64,000 bases of DNA, taken from NCBI RefSeq assembly GCF_035084215.1, contig NC_090366.1, forward strand, positions 10,416,001 to 10,480,000. The letters are read 5' to 3'. The translations under genes and the position numbers were made by a program. Shown piece after piece: positions 10,683 through 24,184 of the stretch (position 1 is its first letter; the number at the start of each line of letters is the position of its first letter). The notes below the pieces were generated by a model. The model was not told the origin of the DNA. It made no database searches and worked only from the letters and a program-made list of their open reading frames with translations. Source of the stretch: Heptranchias perlo (taxonomy: Eukaryota).

Positions 10683-13101
10683 GTTTATCTATGCAGATGA
10701 TTCAATTTCGCGTAGATTGTTAAATACTGGCGTTATATATTCAGATGCGTCTGAACAAGACAGAAACGAACTTGTATACACAAAAGGGTCGATCGCAGTT
10801 TGCTATCCTATGGGGAGAAGAAACCATATTTTCCAAAGGTTATATCTTAATTCAGAAGAAGTGTTTTTTGAATCAAATCGCCGGCTGTTCAGATAACTTA
10901 ATTTTATCTTGACAAATATAAACGAAGCAAATTTCGGAAGACTGATATTTAAAATGTATAATGCCAAACTCAGCCTTCAGTTGGTGATTGTCTACTGATG
11001 AAAAAACCTCCTTAAACTAATTGAACATAGACTCAATATTAAGCTGCTGAATGGACCAGGTATTTGCCGACCCTGAAAACCTTCAGTTAGTGACTGACCA
11101 GTGATGCACCAACTCACTTACAGTATTCAAATGACAGAAAGATTGAACATTTACCCTTAGAGTGGAGCTGGTACTTGCTGATACAATCACCGTGTACGTT
11201 TGCTGCAACACATGAGATTTGAATTCCACTTCCAGTTGGGTGAGTCAGTGTCAGGGAGCTCTCCACCAGGTAACTATTCACCGCCCAGGAGAAGACTTTC
11301 ACATCTGACCTGTTCTCAGTTATGATTGTCCCACTGAGGCCCCATGTAATATTTGCAGGTGGATTGGCTCTGACACTGCAGCTGCAATCAATCCAATTCT
11401 CAGAGCTGGTGCAGTTCGGGCCTGATACTATTGTGGGTTTATCTAAAGAAAAACAGAGACTTCAGTATGAAATGATTATGTCAAACAGTTGCAATGTCCA
11501 AATACCTCTGCTTTAAACATCTTCCGCTGTGCTGGACTGACGTGATCCTTCTAGAGATGTCCAGCTAATAGGGCAACATTTCAAAGAACCTTTTCTCTGA
11601 ATATTGCATTGCTAACTTAATATTAATACAGTTAACAGAGCTTTACTTCCCACCACGTTTGTTGGATATGGTTTGGCGAATTCCTGCTCAGCAAAATGAG
11701 GGATTTCAGTGTAAGAAATAGAGGATTTTTTTTATTTTAGACTGCCAGTATTAGTTAAAAACTGTTACATTTAGAATAAAGCTCCCAGTAAATGTACTCC
11801 TGTCCCAGTCGGAAAGATACCGTCTGCTGCATTTATGTCACATTGTGCACATTCTACTCCTGTCACCCTCAGCGAGTTGGCCAGGTTAGTTTCCATTATT
11901 CGAAATATCGAGGTTGTTTTGCATTATGTCCACAAGGAAAGGAAGACATAACCCAAGCTCATTTCACATTGGCGCTTTACAGCGTGGGTTTTAATCGAGA
12001 GTTTGTGAACTGCAACGCTACTATCTAATTGAGTAATGCATGCACACTTATATTGTGCAGAAATCCGTGTGGTGCTGTTTGCGGTGCCCAGGTTATTTTC
12101 AGCCACACACCAATATTCACCGTCATCTTCTGAACTAATGTTGTGGAATGTCCGCTTTAATTCACTGGTGGAAGATGTGCTGATCTCTTCACCATTTTTC
12201 AACCACCTTAAACTGACCGCTGGTTTTCCCCATGCCCTGCAGCATAATATTAATTAGCTGCCTTCCACCGCTGCTTTAGAGGAATTCACGGTTGTGTTTT
12301 CCAGTCCATCTGTAACAGGCAGTAATGCAAAACGTGAAGCATGATTTAGCTCATAATTAAATCATTATGTTGGGTAAGAGGCCGTGCCGAAATTGCAAAC
12401 TTCTTATTTTACTGCCCCAGAATTTAATGTTATAACAAAAATGATAATCTTCGAGAATTTACCTCTCTCTTCGAATTATGTCTCCTTTGTGGCTTACGTG
12501 CTTTGACACTGGTACATCATTTCGGTCAATTCTGAAGCCCAACCGGAGCTCATATCTGGTATGATAGCTGAAACTAGCTTCAAATCATAACTCGCCTTGG
12601 CATGTTTTGTATCCCTTTATGACTGACTAAACTCAGAAAGACACTACTAGATCTCAGAATAGGAATTAATAATGGCATAAACCAAACTCTTGGAGCCACC
12701 AACATTAATTCATAAATGTGAATCTTCCCCAAATAATCTGGCTGACAAGAATTGGCTGAGAGCCACTCCGATTCACTGATTATCCAAGTGAGCTCTCACG
12801 GTATAGAGACGGAGGTTTCGCGGTGCTTTTTTTGATGCGGTCCTAAACCTTAAATAATTTGCTTATGGTGGAAGGACAAGTGTTGAACCATTCGGCCGAC
12901 AGGTGAGGTCTACTAACTTCAGAGCAGACACTTACATTTGATCTCCAAGGTTAGAATCGGTGGAGAAGAAGTTAGGGAGCCATGAAGTAAAATTGAGCAT
13001 CCTAGACTTTTCCCGTGAAGAGCGGATGATGGAGTGAACGTGAGCACCGATGAAACTCTCCAAGAACCGGAACGTTCATTAACAATTTCTGTTCCATCTT
13101 T

Positions 13102-13338
13102 GATGTGGAGATGCCGGTGATGGACTGGGGTTGACAATTGTAAACAATTTTACAACACCAAGTTATAGTCCAGCAATTTTATTTTAAATTCACACGCTTT
13201 CGGAGATTTTCTCCTTCCTCAGGCAAATGTTTCAAGATCTCGAAACATTTACCTGAGGAAGGAGAAAATCTCCGAAAGCGTGTGAATTTAAAATAAAATT
13301 GCTGGACTATAACTTGGTGTTGTAAAATTGTTTACAAT
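13102..13338. mobile_element. Penelope-like element pLTR fragments inserted as an inverted pair (hairpin) inside Siglec-B exon 3
   Basis: 13135-13340 is a near-perfect palindrome. The right arm matches the 3' end of the Penelope copy at 57033-57127. Flanking direct repeat TGTTCCATCTTT at 13090-13101 and 13339-13350. Empty site in copy C at about 48260-48272. Confidence 0.88.
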
Positions 13339-14439
13339 TGTTCCATCTTTAGTATCCCATGGAAGAGGACGGGACCCATTGTAATCAATCCACCTCAGTT
13401 GCAGTTTGTCATTTGGGCAGCTGTGAGTGATTGAACAGGTCAGTCCAGCTGCTTTTCCAGAAGTCAGTTCCCGATAACCAGAAATCTGTGGCTTGTCTGT
13501 AAGAACAGGAGCAAACGGGCGTATTAGGGTCGTTTCAATCTTAAAACCGGGGAGTGGCCTGAAACAGCACTTCCATCTAAATCTGACAAAGAGTTAAAAC
13601 AATAAATCGCATTTTGTCTTTCATGTATCGCAAGTAGATTCGTTACTCTGAAATACTCCTCGCAGTTATAAAATAGTTTAGTGCCTCATCGGATAACATA
13701 TGGCCCCACTTAAATAACCATCAGTCGTTTTATCTCGTATATTATTCATATAATGGATCTAATAGCTGTAGTCCAGTGAAGCAGCCTTGCACGCAGAATT
13801 TAGAATCAACGTGAGATCTTTAAATATAAGCAACGAGTGTGATAGTGACTAATGCAGATCAGAAAGTTCCCAGATTCTGTTGCAAAGGAACTTCAGCACA
13901 GAAAGATGATGCTCAAGAATGGACAGGCCAGATAAACGACTCGTAACATAGTCCTGTGTCGGAGAACCGCAGCAGTTTCCTCTCGTGTGAAACGCATTGA
14001 GCTTTCCGTAGGAATTTCATTTTGGCGACATGACATCAGAATCAACAAATAAATGACACAATGTGAACACATTTTTTAACATAACTTTAAAATTTACTTA
14101 TTCTTTCGGATCTAGTTAAATACCATGTGCTGAGAATATGTATACGCACGAAAAAGAAATTGCATTAATTTAGCGCCTTTGACGTCCTCGCCAAGTCCAG
14201 AAACGCATCACAGAACAGTAATTTGAAGTGTAATGAGGAAGCCATTGACAACGTAACACGCAGGAGATTATTGGAGAAGATATTAAGGAGTTAGCAATAA
14301 ACGGTACTGCAGAAACTGAAAGAGGAACTGTTCAGAAGGGAGGAAGCAATGAATCTAAGTCCTGTGCAGTTTCTCAGAATGCTTCACATGAGTACGGAGA
14401 CCCACAAGGTTATGTTCAGGGTCTGCTTCTACTCATTGT

Positions 14440-14958
14440 GTACATCGATGATTTGGATATGGTGGGAGAGGGAGTGATGTACAAATTTCCCAATAGTAAT
14501 TACTAGCAGATGTCGGGGGTGAGGGGGTTATCATATGAGGAAAGGTTGGACAAGTTGGGCCTGTATACACAGGAGTTTAGAGGAATGAGATGTGATCTTA
14601 TTGAAACATATAAGATCCTGAGCGGACTAGAAGTGATAGACGCTGAGAGGATGTTTCCCCTTGTGGGAGCGACTCGAACTAGGAGACACAGTTTACAAAA
14701 TGGTCTTCCATTTAAGACGGAGAGGGTCATGCGTCTGTGGAACTCCCTTCCCCAGAGAGAGGTGGAGGCAGGGTCATTGAATATTTTTAAAGTTGAGTTC
14801 GATACATTCCTGATTTTAAAAGGGAGTCAACGGTTATCGAAGGAAGACGGGGAAGTAGGATTGAGGTCGCATTCAGATCAGCCATGATCTTATCAAATGG
14901 CAATGTCGCCTCGAGGGGCCGAAGGGCCTACTCGTACTCTTAATTCGTATGTTCGTAT
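14440..14958 (+). mobile_element. CR1 LINE 3' end in Siglec-B intron (paralog of 1060-1600)
   Basis: ORF 14510-14887 with the same CR1 C-terminal motifs; only the terminal ~100 bp remain in copy C (48770-48880). Confidence 0.85.
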
Positions 14959-17900
14959 CTGAATTTAACATTTGAAAATGGTGCAAAACTGGCAGCAAAG
15001 GGTCGTTTGCCGACTATACTTCCCGCCCATTTTACTTTCAATTATAATGAGAGGCTGATCCGATTCCGCCATTTTGACAGCCATGCAAAATTTAACGTCC
15101 CACACAGCAAATAACTCCGGGAACTAAATGGTGTTGCAAGGGGATAATGGAGAGATTGGAGAATGCGGAAATAAGAGGTAGATAAAATTCACTTTCAGGG
15201 AACATGAGGTGGCAGATTATAGTTTGAACACTGGGCCGCTGGTTGATAAACAGCAGAGGAATTCGTGGGTTCGGATTCACGAGGCAGCAAACCGCAGCTC
15301 CAGTGGAAAAGGGCAAGAACCAGCGACAGGGGTCCTGGTTTTAACAGCAACAGATGTACAATATAAAAATCGAGATGTGATGGAGTTCCGAAAGAGAACC
15401 ATAGTAAGTTCACAGTTGGAATAAGAATGCGAGTTTTGGTTTCTGCTCGAGAGGAAGGCGACAGGGCGGATTGGCGTGGATTCTGGCTGGTAACAGAAAG
15501 TACAAATGCGAGGAACGCCTTCAAAAATTGGGGCAGAATTCAATGGGGCCAAACAGATTTTGGAATGCTTTGACAGAAGTGTTTAAACCTACGAAGCAAA
15601 TGGACAGAGGAGAGAGAAACAGACTGAATCTGAACTTACCGCCGGGGTCAAAGCTGGCGGTCCAGATCAAGCGCCCATTCCAGCAACCGCCCGATTTATA
15701 TTTCCTTTTATTTCAATGAACATGAAGATCTGTTGGTTTCTGTATTAGGCGGACGACCCGCACAGCCAGTTTTACGTTTCGGTCAACAAGTTGAAAAGTT
15801 ATCATCATGTGAACACTTAACAATAAGTTAGAAAGGTGGTTGAAGGGAATGGCAACAAAGGGATATGGGAACAGGCCAGGCACAGGCGATTAGGAGTGTT
15901 GGTCATGTGGAGAATGAACAGCAACACGGACTGGTTGGGCTGTACGTCCTCTTTTACTGATGTCATTTCCATATATTTCTGTCTTTAAGATATGAACCAT
16001 TGCATTGCTTATCCGTATCGCCGCACCCTGTGTTGCAACTGACCTTTGAGTTCGGCCGGGGACATCACAAAATGTGTCCACTTTACACGTTGGTTGATTC
16101 ACACTTAAGCACTGGAATAAAATGTAGAAAAGGAACAAAGGAAAAACTCACCTGAAACAGAAAGGAAGACTTCAGAACGGCCAGTGGCAGGTGTATAAAC
16201 ATACCAGCCCGAGTGGATTTGCACGCTGAAGTAATATGTACCCTCATCACGCTTCCTGATATTCTTTATCAAAAGGGAGCATTGTCCTTTCTCAACGTTG
16301 CCCTTCAACTCCACTCTCCCACCAAAGTTATAAGGCTGCCCATGTGGATTTTCCCAATCATAGATAAGGGTGTCCCCGATACCACGAGGATCACGGCCCT
16401 TCTTCAACCACTTCCCCTTTGGAATGGGGGCAGAGACTGAATGATGAAACGTACACGGGATCTGTGCACATGAACCCGACACTGCCGACACACTATCTGG
16501 CATCACCACAGTGCATTCATCACAACAAACAACTGAAAGAAAAAAAACATTAGCCCTCTTTTAAATATCCATTCAAAACCCATTGTAATATCTAAAATAT
16601 CTATTAAAGTATTTGTTAGTTGACAAATAATCGCCCATCACCATATCAATTCAAAAATATCAAATGCCCTTTAAAAATCAAGTGAAATATACTGATCTGA
16701 ACACTGATTTAAATGTCCACAATTATACCTATTTGATAGCAGTGCTATGAAACACAAATATACAAATGCAATACTCATATTAACATCGAATATATATGCG
16801 CAAAACAGAAAGTGAATGTTCTTTAAGATTGTTATAAATATATATTTAATATGAACGATAGTATACATTACACATCCATTGACCATTAAAGTACTGATTA
16901 AGTATAAATTAAAATAAAATTAAAAGTGGATTAAAATAGACAGTAAAAATAATTTGAATAGCAATTAGAACGCATCTGTAAAGCATGCGCTAAACAACCA
17001 TTGAAATTGTTTCACTGGATTTAAAATGAACAGCCACGTCACATTGGCAAAAAGAATTGTCCTGTACTCTTCCCACAACATATAAAAATTTTTGCAGAAA
17101 TTATTATTAAAAATTATTTACCGTCTGTCAATGTCATGAGAGAGAGAAACACGCAACTCCTCATGGCTGGAAAGTGTTCCCGGTTTCACTGTCAACATGG
17201 AAAACCTATTTCACAACAAAGACAAATCAGATTTAAGCATTATTCTTCCCCGTCATTTGTTAGAATTCTTCACTATCCCATCGGACGATCGCGGAGGTGA
17301 GGTATTCCCATCCAATCTATAGGAAGAGCGCTTACTCACTCAACTTGTGAAGCTCCACCAAATACTGGTGAGGCAGGCTGCTAGCACGTCTTCGGCATGC
17401 ACTGCCTGTGACCGACTGATACGGAATATGCTCTGATGGTATATCTAACATCTGCTAAAGAAACCTTAACATAGAAACAGAGTCACCCTCTCTCTGTGTC
17501 TAACATACACACACGCCAAATGTGCAGTTATTTAAGAACATAATGTATTGGAACCTGCTACAAGAGAGCTCTGCCCCGCTTGCAGACGCCTCTGACTCAC
17601 ATTTCACACATATTATCTTTTGGCAGCTCAGACGAGATGCATGTTGGAGACGTGTAACTGCCGTTAGTTTTGTTGCTGCACTTTGCAGACGTGTGGTTTC
17701 CTCACCTTCGTTAAATAGTGGTGCAATAGGAGATGTTTGTTCGTAAGTCGCTTGGCCCTGTGGTTCACAGCCATTCTTCCAAATAACGAAACTATTTATA
17801 TTCAGACTCCAGTTCTGCAAAATTGCTGAAATTAATAAATACGGTGCTCAATTTGCTGCATTGCATTTTTCCCATTTTGCGCTTAGGCCTGGAAAGTCTA

Positions 17901-18519
17901 AAATGGATTTGAGGATTTTATCGAAAATGCAAACGCCTTTGTAGGTATAATCCATTGAGTGAACAAGGATGCATGGGAAGGATGCTTACTCTCACAGCTT
18001 GTGCACCACAACAAGTCTTCATGACGACAACTGCTCGCATATTTACATCTGCAATGTGAAACCAAGCTTTGCTTAATATGATGCTATGATATAGCCAATA
18101 GTTTCTATAGAATCCTTAACATAAAAACAGCATCACTCTCTCTGACAAACACACAGTTTGTTTCTCAAACACAACACACTGGAGTCTGTGACCAGAGGAC
18201 GCTGCCCACGCTTGCAGTCGCCTCCGACGCAATTTTCACACACATTTAGCTCTTTTGCAGGAAATTAACGTTGGTGTCGTCTAACTGCAATTAGTTTTGT
18301 TGCTACATTCTGTAGACTTCTTCATTACCTGCTATCTCCAAGTACATTCAGTAAACAGTTTTACAGCGCGGCAACATACATTCTTCTCAGTGACTGAACG
18401 AGATGCACACGCTTCCCAGCTGTATAAATTTGCTCAAATTCATGAACATTTTATCACATTTGCTGCAGTTTATTTTTCTCATTTTGGTGCTAGGTCTGGG
18501 ACGTGTGAAATCGACTTCA

Positions 18520-18705
18520 GACCGTGAAATTGATCTTCAGCCTTGGCACAAAATAGGCGATAGCGAATCGAACTCCGTGTTATCTCCCGCCATATTCCCA
18601 TTTTCCAAACGTTCATGCGGAAAATATTGGGCGTGTTGCAAAACGGGCTGCAGATTCGCTATCGCCCGTTTTGCATTTCCGGCAAAGTCTAAGTTTTCGG
18701 GTTAA
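18520..18705. mobile_element. MITE-like element with internal inverted repeats (copies at about 5180-5365, 53065-53225; related copy at about 32790-32920)
   Basis: AAAATAGGCGATAGCGAATC ... GATTCGCTATCGCCCGTTTT (18/20 complementary); a reverse-oriented relative occurs outside the duplicated blocks. Confidence 0.5.
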
Positions 18706-19446
18706 ATGCTAATGAAAAATGTATGGAAAATATTAATTGAATATACAAGTTCTGCCAAATTGATCAGTGTGACGCAATCCTTGCTACCTGGTGCATCTCA
18801 AGCATTCCCGACCACCTTCAACTGGGACCATCTGGAATTAGACTGATGGGGGAACAGAAGCAAACTATTTTTTTACATCAAATTACGTAGAATTTACAGC
18901 ACAGAAACAGGTCATTCAGCCGGTGTTTATGCTCCACACGAGCCTCCTCCCACTCTACTTCATCTCATCCTATCAGCATATTTTTCTATTCCTTTCTCCC
19001 TCATGTACCAATCGAGGTTTCCCTTAAATACATCTGTGCTATTCCACTCACCCACTCAATATCATAGAAAGTACCCTTTACGTAAAGAAGTTTCGCCTGA
19101 ATTCCTTATTCCAGTGACTTTTGCCAGTGATTGCATGTGCATGGATGTTGGTGTCGCACTAAATCAGGCTTGTCTGTGATGCTTGTCGTGATTGAAAAGC
19201 AACAGCAGACAATTGATAGAAGGCAATAATTTGCCATTAATTCAACACAACTTTTTTTTTGAAGTCACACACAAAATTTATCAATTACTTTCCCTGGACT
19301 TCCCACATCCACTGCTTCAGTTTACCTCCTCAAATAATTCCAGTAGGTTCATGAGTCATGACCTACTGCTTTTGAATCCATGAGACTATCCTTCTGCTTT
19401 TCAGATGAATATTGATGGCCTCTCTGATTCGTGCCTCACTGCTTTG

Positions 19447-21060
19447 AACATACGTACGAACATACGAACTTACGAATTAAGAGCAAGAATAGGCCATTCG
19501 GCCCTTCGAGCCTGCTCTGCCATTTAATAAGTTCATGGCTGATCTGATTGTGACCTCTACCCTACTTTCCCGTCGACCTACTATTACCTTTGACTCCCTT
19601 GTTAATCAGGAATCTATCACTCAGCCATAAAAATATTCAATGACCTATCCTCACCGGGGAAGGGAGTTCCACAGACTCACGAGCCTCTGAGAGAAAACAA
19701 AATCTCCTCATTTCATTCTTAAGTGGGAGAACCCTTATTTTTAAACTGTGGCCACTAGTTCGTGTCTCTCCCACAAATGAATTGTCCCTCAGCACCTACC
19801 CCTTCTAGTCCCCTCAGGATCGTATATATTTCAATAATATCACCTCTCATTCTTCTAAACTCCCGAGGGAAGGTTGAACAAGTTGGGCCTGTATACACGG
19901 GAGTTTATTTGCAGACTCCTTATTTCCTCTTCACAACTTACTTTCCTACCTATCATTGTGTCACCAGCAAATTAGCAACCATACATTCGGTCCCTTCAGC
20001 CAAGTCATTGATATAGATTGTAAATAGTTGATGACCAAGCAATGATCCCTGTGGCACTCCACTCGTTACATCTTGCCAGCCTTAAAATAACCCATTTATG
20101 CCGAGTCTCTGTTTCCTGTTAGCTAACCAATCCTTTTTCCATGCTAATATGTTGCCCCCTATAACATGAGTTCTTATTTTTTGCAGTAGCCTTTGATGTG
20201 GCACCTTGTCAAAAGCCTTCTGGAAATCCAAGTACACCACATCCACAGAATCCGCTGTATCAAAGTTGCTTGTTACTTCCTCAAAGAACGCTAATGAATT
20301 AGTCAAACACGATTTCCCTTTCACAAAGCCGTGTTGACTGCTTGATTGCATTGAGATTTTCTAAGTGCCCTGCTATAACCTCCTTAATACGAGATTCTAG
20401 CCTTTTCCTTTGACAGATGTTAAGCTACTGGCGTGTAGTTTACTGCTTTCTTTAAACCTCCTTGCTTGAATAGAGGAGTTACATTCGCTATTTTCCAATC
20501 TGATGGGACCCTTCCAAAATCTAGGGAATTTTGGAAAATTAATTCCATTGTATCTGCAATCTCTGCAGCCACTTCTTTTAAGAACCTAGGGTGAAGTCCA
20601 TCAGAACCTGGGGACTTTTCTACTTTTAGTTCTAATATGTTTTCAAGGCCCTTTCCCTGGTGATTGGAAGTGTTTTAAGCTCCTCCCTCCCTTTCACCTC
20701 ATGATTCACAATTATTTCTGGCACGTTATTTGTGTCACCTACAGTGAAGACGGACGCAAAACGTCTGTTCAATTCATCCACCATTTCAATATTCTCCATT
20801 ACTAATTTCCCAGACTCACTCTCTAGAGGACCCACGCTCACTTTACTTACTCTTTTCCTTTTTAAATACCTGTAGAATCTCTTACTATGTGTTTTTATAT
20901 TTCTAGCTAGCTTTCTCTCCTACTCTAATTTCTCCCTCCTTTTTAGTCTTTTAGTTATTCTGTGCTGTTTTTATATTCTGACCGATCTTCTGACCTGCCA
21001 CTAATCTTTGCGGAATTGTATGCTTTTTCTTTCATTTTGATACTATCTTTAACTTCTTGA
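19447..21060 (-). mobile_element. CR1-type LINE, internally deleted (RT fragments + 3' end)
   Basis: ORFs 20082-20351 (SQHGFVKGKSCLTN...YLDFQKAFDKVPH) and 20632-20841; short-repeat 3' tail at about 19447-19480. Confidence 0.88.
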
Positions 21061-21764
21061 ATATTCACTGTTTTCCATTTATCAGCTCGCTAGAGCTCGG
21101 GGATTTATGGAGTCCTTAGGAATATTGCCCAGAGCCTTGACCATTTCCTCTAAGGTTCAATGTCCAGGTGATCTGTAAACATTTGTTTTTACGTTTTCTT
21201 TCCAATCTTCTCCTCGCCTTCTTCTTTTCATGAGGATTTTGACTCTTGGTGGGAAGCAAATTTACTGATGCAAGCTGCCCTGAGGTATATTGCCCAGTTG
21301 GCCTTCCTTCTTAAGGAACCCATAAATAATTACTTTTGGAAAGCCAGTCGACTCAGAGTGGCATTACAGTTGAAGCCAAATTAACGCCCACACACTAGCA
21401 TCAGTGTCAGTCAGGAGTAGGTATGCTGACTGATATTTCTCCTCCCTAACCCAAGGGTGCTGGTTCTAAGTGTAACATGACTAGTGCCTTCCTGGCTTGA
21501 GATCAGTTAACTCAACGCAAAAGGCCTGTACTTTGAATTCCACAGGCGAACAAACACACCAAGCGAACTGTTGGGGAAACATCACGTAACTTCACTTTAA
21601 CTGGGCACTATCCAGAGGGAAATGTGTTGGCCAAGCCTATTTTTGGTTGGGAGGGATAAGAGCCCCGGATTTTTGGATCACAACGATTTCACACACAAGT
21701 AATCTGCCGGTGATGACATCATGTAGGTCACGACGATGTCACACACAAGTAATCTGTCGCTGAT

Positions 21765-22150
21765 GTCTCATTGAAACATGTAAGATATTTCGGGGGCTTG
21801 ACAGGGTGGATGATGTGAGATTGTTTCCCCTGGCTAGAGAATCTAGAACGAGGGTGCAGAGTCGCAGGACAAGGGGTCGGCCATTCAAGACTGAGAGAAG
21901 GTGGAATTTCTTCACGCAGACTGTTGTGAACCTTTGGAATCCTCTACCCCAAAGGGCTGTGGATGCTCAGTCGTTGAATACATTCAAGGTTGAGTTGGAT
22001 AGATGTTTGGATTCTAGGGGAATCCAGGGATATGGGGATCGGGCGGGAAAGTGGAGGTGAGGTCGCAGATCAGTCATGATCTCATTGAAAGTTGGAGCAG
22101 GCTCGAGGGGTGGTATGGCCTCCTTCTGCTCCTATTTCGCATTTTCTTAT
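21765..22150 (+). mobile_element. CR1 LINE 3' end
   Basis: FFTQTVVNLWNPLPQRAVDAQSLNTFKVELDRCL plus 3' UTR. Confidence 0.8.
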
Positions 22151-23164
22151 CACATCATGTAGGTCGCAATTATTTCACACACAATTAATCTGTCGCTATT
22201 TTATCAAGTTGGGGATAAGAGGTCCCCATCTTTCCAAACAAAGCAGCCAGAGTCATTGGGCAGTTGAACTCCACTTTTTTCCTGCCTAGCTCATTGTTTT
22301 TTGCGGCTTGACTGCACCCAGAATGAAGCTTTCCAGTCACCTTTTAGCCTGGTTTTTCCAGGGGGTTGGACACAATTTGTGAAGTGTTTTTTTTCATGGC
22401 CCCTCAGAATCAGAAATTGTTTCTCCGAACTAACCTGCAGGAGTTTCAGTTCATTGCATATTATGAATGGTGTACTTGATCTCTTCCATTGCAAAGGCGT
22501 TCTTCTCTCTCTACCTCAAAGCCTCTCTCTTCTCCGCTAATATTTCTCATAATTTAACATCTGTACTCAAGACTTCTGAGCTTTAGCAGCGACTGAACTC
22601 AAACATTCACATCGGTAAGACTAGCCAGGATTTTGCAAAACTTGATATGACGGAAGTAAGTCATTCTATTAAAATTTTCTTGCGTTCCTTGGACCCATGT
22701 TAAGATACTGACCCCTACCGTGCAACTGTCACACTGATACAACTGACCATCCAAAGCACGCCTGCAACTCAAGTCCGTTAATTTCTATTTACAAACGACT
22801 GTAACTCACATCGCTAACATGGTTACCTTACTGGATCACGCGAAGCTTCGATGAACTCTATGTAATTGTGGAAGCCGTTCTCACCATCACCAACAGGCAA
22901 CGCTCTTTTTCACGGTAAGTTCATGCACCAGCAACTGGTCAGGTCGATGCTATTTACTGCTCTGTTCTTGCTGCATTCCGTATTCCGATTAAGTCATTGC
23001 AATCGCTGTTGCAACCTGCTCTGCAAACCCTTCAGGCTGCTCATTTGTCGGTGTTTCTGGGCATCATGAGGTTTTTGTTTTTACTTTCTTTTCAATTTCA
23101 ACAGTTAGGGAGCTGACAAGGAGCCCGTGATAGCTATTTAACTAAATGTGATGCGATGTGATAA

Positions 23165-24080
23165 ATCACTGGCGAGGCCTCAGCTGGAGAATTGTGTCTA
23201 ATTCTGGGCACCACACATTAGGAAGGGCTTCAAGGCCTTGGAGAGGGTGCAACGCAGATTTACTAGAATGGTATCACGGGTAAGGCACTTCGGTTATGTC
23301 GGGAGACTAGAGAAGCTGGTCTTTTTCTCCTTCGAGCAGAAGTGGTTAAGGGGAGATTTAATAGAGGTGTCCACAATTATGAGGGGTTCTCATCGAGTCA
23401 ATAAGGAGAAACTCTTTCTACTGGCAGTTGGTTCGGAAATCAGAGAACACATAAGTAACGCAACTAGCAAAAGAGCCAGAGATGGGATGATGAGATTTAT
23501 TTTTACTGCAGCGAGTTGTTATGATCTGGAATGCACTGCCTGAAAGAGGAGTGGAGGAAGATTCAATAGTGCCTTTCAAAAGGGAATTGGATAAATAATT
23601 GAAGGAGGGTAAATTGAAGGGCTACGGGGAAAGATGGGGGAATGCGACTAACTGGATAGCACTTTCAAAGAACCGCCACCGGCTCGATCGGCCGAATGGC
23701 CTCCTACGTACGTAGGAACATACGGACATACGAATTAAGAGCAGGAGTAGGCCTTTCGGCCCCTCGAGCCTGCTCTGCCATTTGATAAGATAATGAGTGA
23801 TCTGATTGTGACATCAACCCTACTTTCCCGTCTACCTACTATAACCTTTGACTCCTTTGTTAATCAGGAATCGATCTAACTCAGCCTTAAAAAATAGTCA
23901 ATGATCCTGTCTCCACCGCTCTCTGGGGAAGGGAGTTCCACAGTCTCACGATCCTCTGAGACAAAAAAATTCTCCTTATCTCCGTGTTAAGTGGGAGACC
24001 CCCTTTTTAAATTGTGGCCCCGAGTTCGAGTCTCTCCCACAAGGGGAAACATCCATTCAGCATCTACTCCCTCTAGTCCC
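23165..24080. mobile_element. Two CR1 LINE 3' ends arranged tail-to-tail (+ 23165-23705, - 23715-24080)
   Basis: LERVQRRFTRMV...RLEKL...RGDLIEV on the plus strand; reverse-complement CR1 3' UTR from 23715. Confidence 0.78.
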
Positions 24081-24184
24081 GTCCCCAAGATATGCATATA
24101 TCTTCTAGACCTATTGCGCTGTAAGGTTCTTTGATACTATCATTCGATAATTCGATGTGATAATGTAATGTGATTTTTAAAAAA

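Larger units (their letters stand above)
8735..17164 (-). pseudogene. Siglec/MAG-like Ig receptor, copy B (disabled)
   Basis: Exons: signal 17122-17164, V-set 16152-16532, C2-1 12936-13496 (249-bp insertion with in-frame TAA), C2-2 12052-12309 (TCA>TAA at 12254-12256; donor GT>AT at 12050-12051), C2-3 11155-11442, TM 9587-9680 (KLSWIHVALTGSTALIYIILTAAFIAEEIQ), cytoplasmic 8735-8822 (TAG at 8753-8755). Collinear with intact copy C. Confidence 0.85.
13350..19760. repeat. Segmental duplication: Siglec-B 5' half and upstream region, collinear with 1-6398 (A) and 48270-53380 (C)
   Basis: Continuous intron and flank identity; V exons of A and B differ at 12 of 381 nt. Confidence 0.92.

Noticed and set aside
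13102-13338. In-frame exonisation or splicing-out of the 249-bp insertion rescuing copy B
   Set aside because: The insertion has an in-frame TAA, the cryptic GT-AG pair I tried still meets a stop, and downstream exons have independent lesions.
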